A DNA stretch of 64,000 nucleotides from the NCBI RefSeq assembly GCF_006345805.1, contig NC_042997.1, forward strand, positions 172,050,001 to 172,114,000. The letters are read 5' to 3'. The notes under the pieces were generated by a model. It did no database searches, was not told the DNA's origin, and saw only the letters and a list, made by a program, of their open reading frames with translations. The stretch comes from Octopus sinensis (lineage: Eukaryota). This document shows positions 62,063-64,000 of this stretch, piece after piece. The position numbers and the translations under genes are program-made. The number at the start of each line of letters is the position of its first letter. The first letter of the stretch is position 1.

Positions 62063-63160
62063 TACAGGGTGTTGAGCAAAATTTGACGATATTTTATTTC
62101 TCCTTTTTTCAAGAACAGCTTGATGTATTGGTGAACAGTCACTGACATTGGAGAACATAAAGTTAGCTGATATGGAGGTCTGGAAACTATTTGAATATTG
62201 GAAAACTGCATTGCCTATATCATGATGGCTTGTGCTGGGTACTAAAACATTGACATCATGACTGCTGTTTAATATTTGGTGAATGCTGTAAAGGCTGTTA
62301 AGGCATATGGACAGCTGCAACATAGACAACAAATCCATGAACAGCAGGAAGAGACATGCCAGGTGTTCTGACTGCAACCACATGCCAGAGTTCTTCCCTA
62401 TATCTTTAAACAGGGTCATAGGCTCAATTCAGATTGTTATGTGAAGCTGCTGGAAACCATGGTCAATCCTTGGCTGGAGAGGCTTGCTGCTGGAAGGCCA
62501 TACGTGTGGCAGCAAGATTTGGCTCTTTTCCATACCTCTGGAAAGTGTTAGAAATGGTTGTCGGAGAATTTCCATGACTTTCCCAGAACCAATTTTCTAT
62601 GTGTAGGGTGCAGTTGAGAAAGACCATTCTGGCTGCAACACCAAGACTAAGCTGCCAACCAAGATCAAAGAGGTATTCAAAGATTTTCTCAGGGACACAG
62701 TGAAGAATTCATGTGCTAGATTCCAAAGTCATCTTGTGGTTGTGGTGGAAGCTGAGAGCAGCTATTTTGAGTAAACTGCTATCTCCCAGCCATAGCCTAG
62801 ATGATATTTTTTGATTTTTAAGGTGGCGAGTTGGCAGAGACGTTAGCATGCCGGGCAAAGTGCTTCCTGGTATATTGCCCATCGCTACGTTCTGAGTTCA
62901 AATTCCGCTAAGGTCAACTTTGCCTTTCATCCTTTCGTGGTTGATAAATTAAGTACCAGTTACGCACTGGGGTCAATGTAATCAACTTAATCCATTTGTC
63001 TGTCTTTGTTTGTACCTTCTATGTTTAGCCCCTTGTGGATAGTGGGTAATAAAGAAACAGATATTTTTTGATTTTTTAAAATTACTTTTATTTTTGGATG
63101 GACGGTTTTGTTTCATTTTCCTTTTATGCAAACTGTCAAATTTAGCTCAAACACCCAGGA
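62063..63160 (+). mobile_element. Internally deleted Tc1/mariner element (maT/DD37D-like), split by a SINE
   Basis: TIR TA-cagggtgttgagcaaaatttgac / gtcaaatttagctcaaacacccag. Transposase fragment YVKLLETMVNPWLERLAAGRPYVWQQD...KWLSENF...GAVEKD...VVEAESSYFE*. Confidence 0.75.
62822..63059 (+). mobile_element. SINE (family C) with ~19-20 bp TSD
   Basis: TSD gatattttttgattttt(t)aa at 62803-62821 and 63060-63079; head ggtggcgagttggcagagacgttagc...gagttcaaattcc. Confidence 0.88.
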
Positions 63161-64000
63161 TAAGTAGATAGGTTTAGACATATGTAATGTGTGTACAATT
63201 TGCAAATCTAACAGCCAACATCAATATTTTATTAAATAGCAAAATATATCTCATGTCTTTCAACATATATTATGTTAATGAGAAGTTCCTAATTGAATTC
63301 AGCCTACCTTCTCTGTTATTAGGAACTGCTATAATGTTTATTAAATAAATTTTCCATCAACATTGCTGAACATATGCTTGTAATTATTCGCAAATTGTTT
63401 TCAAATAGCTTAATATCTTCCATATATAATTACTAATTTACTATATTAATATATATTAATAATGAATGCCTAATCAATATTAATACTATTTATAAGGTGG
63501 AAAATGTATCTATGAATATCTCTAGCTTGTCACCAGAAGTCTGTTATTTTTACATCATCCATTTACAACTATTGTTGTTGTTATTATTGTTATTATTACT
63601 GCCATTATTGTTGTTGTTATTGAATCATTATTATTGAATACAGACATTATCATAATTTTTTTACTGATATTATTTAAAATCAATTATCATTAATATACTC
63701 ATATATTGGATATAAATATAGATATATTTTCTATATGTAATTATGTATAATCAGATGCTCAGTTGGAATTTGTACCAATTGCCACAGTTTCTTCATATGA
63801 GAAGAGGAGATAATTCCAAGTATCAGGAATTTTCCAAAATTGACATTCCAATTATGGGAAAAGCGACAGTCTGAATGTCAAAATACAACAGGACAGTTGT
63901 GTACTCATGTTTCTACCTCAGTAGCTGTCATCAGCACAGCAATTATCCTACCTCATCTCTAACAGAACGGACATATGCAAAAAAATGTAGAACCTATTTG

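Noticed and set aside
63750-64000. Possible exon at the right edge
   Set aside because: All six frames close within about 40 codons and no motif was recognised.

Overview
AT-rich, microsatellite-dense eukaryotic genomic DNA. The repeat families (tRNA-derived SINEs, RTE LINE ends with (GAT)n tails, Penelope-type repeats) suggest a coleoid cephalopod, most likely Octopus; this is inference from recognised repeat types, not a database result. I found no host protein-coding exon, rRNA, true tRNA or CRISPR/prokaryotic system, so the window reads as intronic or intergenic transposon-derived sequence. Main contents: (1) a near full-length ~4.8 kb CR1/L2-group LINE (12175-16947); (2) RTE LINE fragments and more than 15 copies of an RTE 3' end, many carrying a variable-copy ~60-67 bp tandem array; (3) Penelope GIY-YIG and pLTR remnants with hammerhead-ribozyme motifs; (4) a cluster of restriction-like-endonuclease (R4/Dong-type) LINE ends in (TAA)n tracts; (5) a Tx1/L1 fragment; (6) five Tc1/mariner elements; (7) a FLYWCH-MULE relic; (8) three Helitron pieces; (9) many SINEs, several nested with clear TSDs; (10) a GC-rich ~70 bp satellite that flips orientation mid-array. 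The strongest second-look items are a patchwork of four locally templated inverted segments at an RTE 5' junction (50165-50387), a core-intact hammerhead with a long helix II (32284-32372), the polarity-switching satellite, and the array-bearing RTE 3'UTR. Repeat boundaries are approximate unless a TSD or TIR is quoted.
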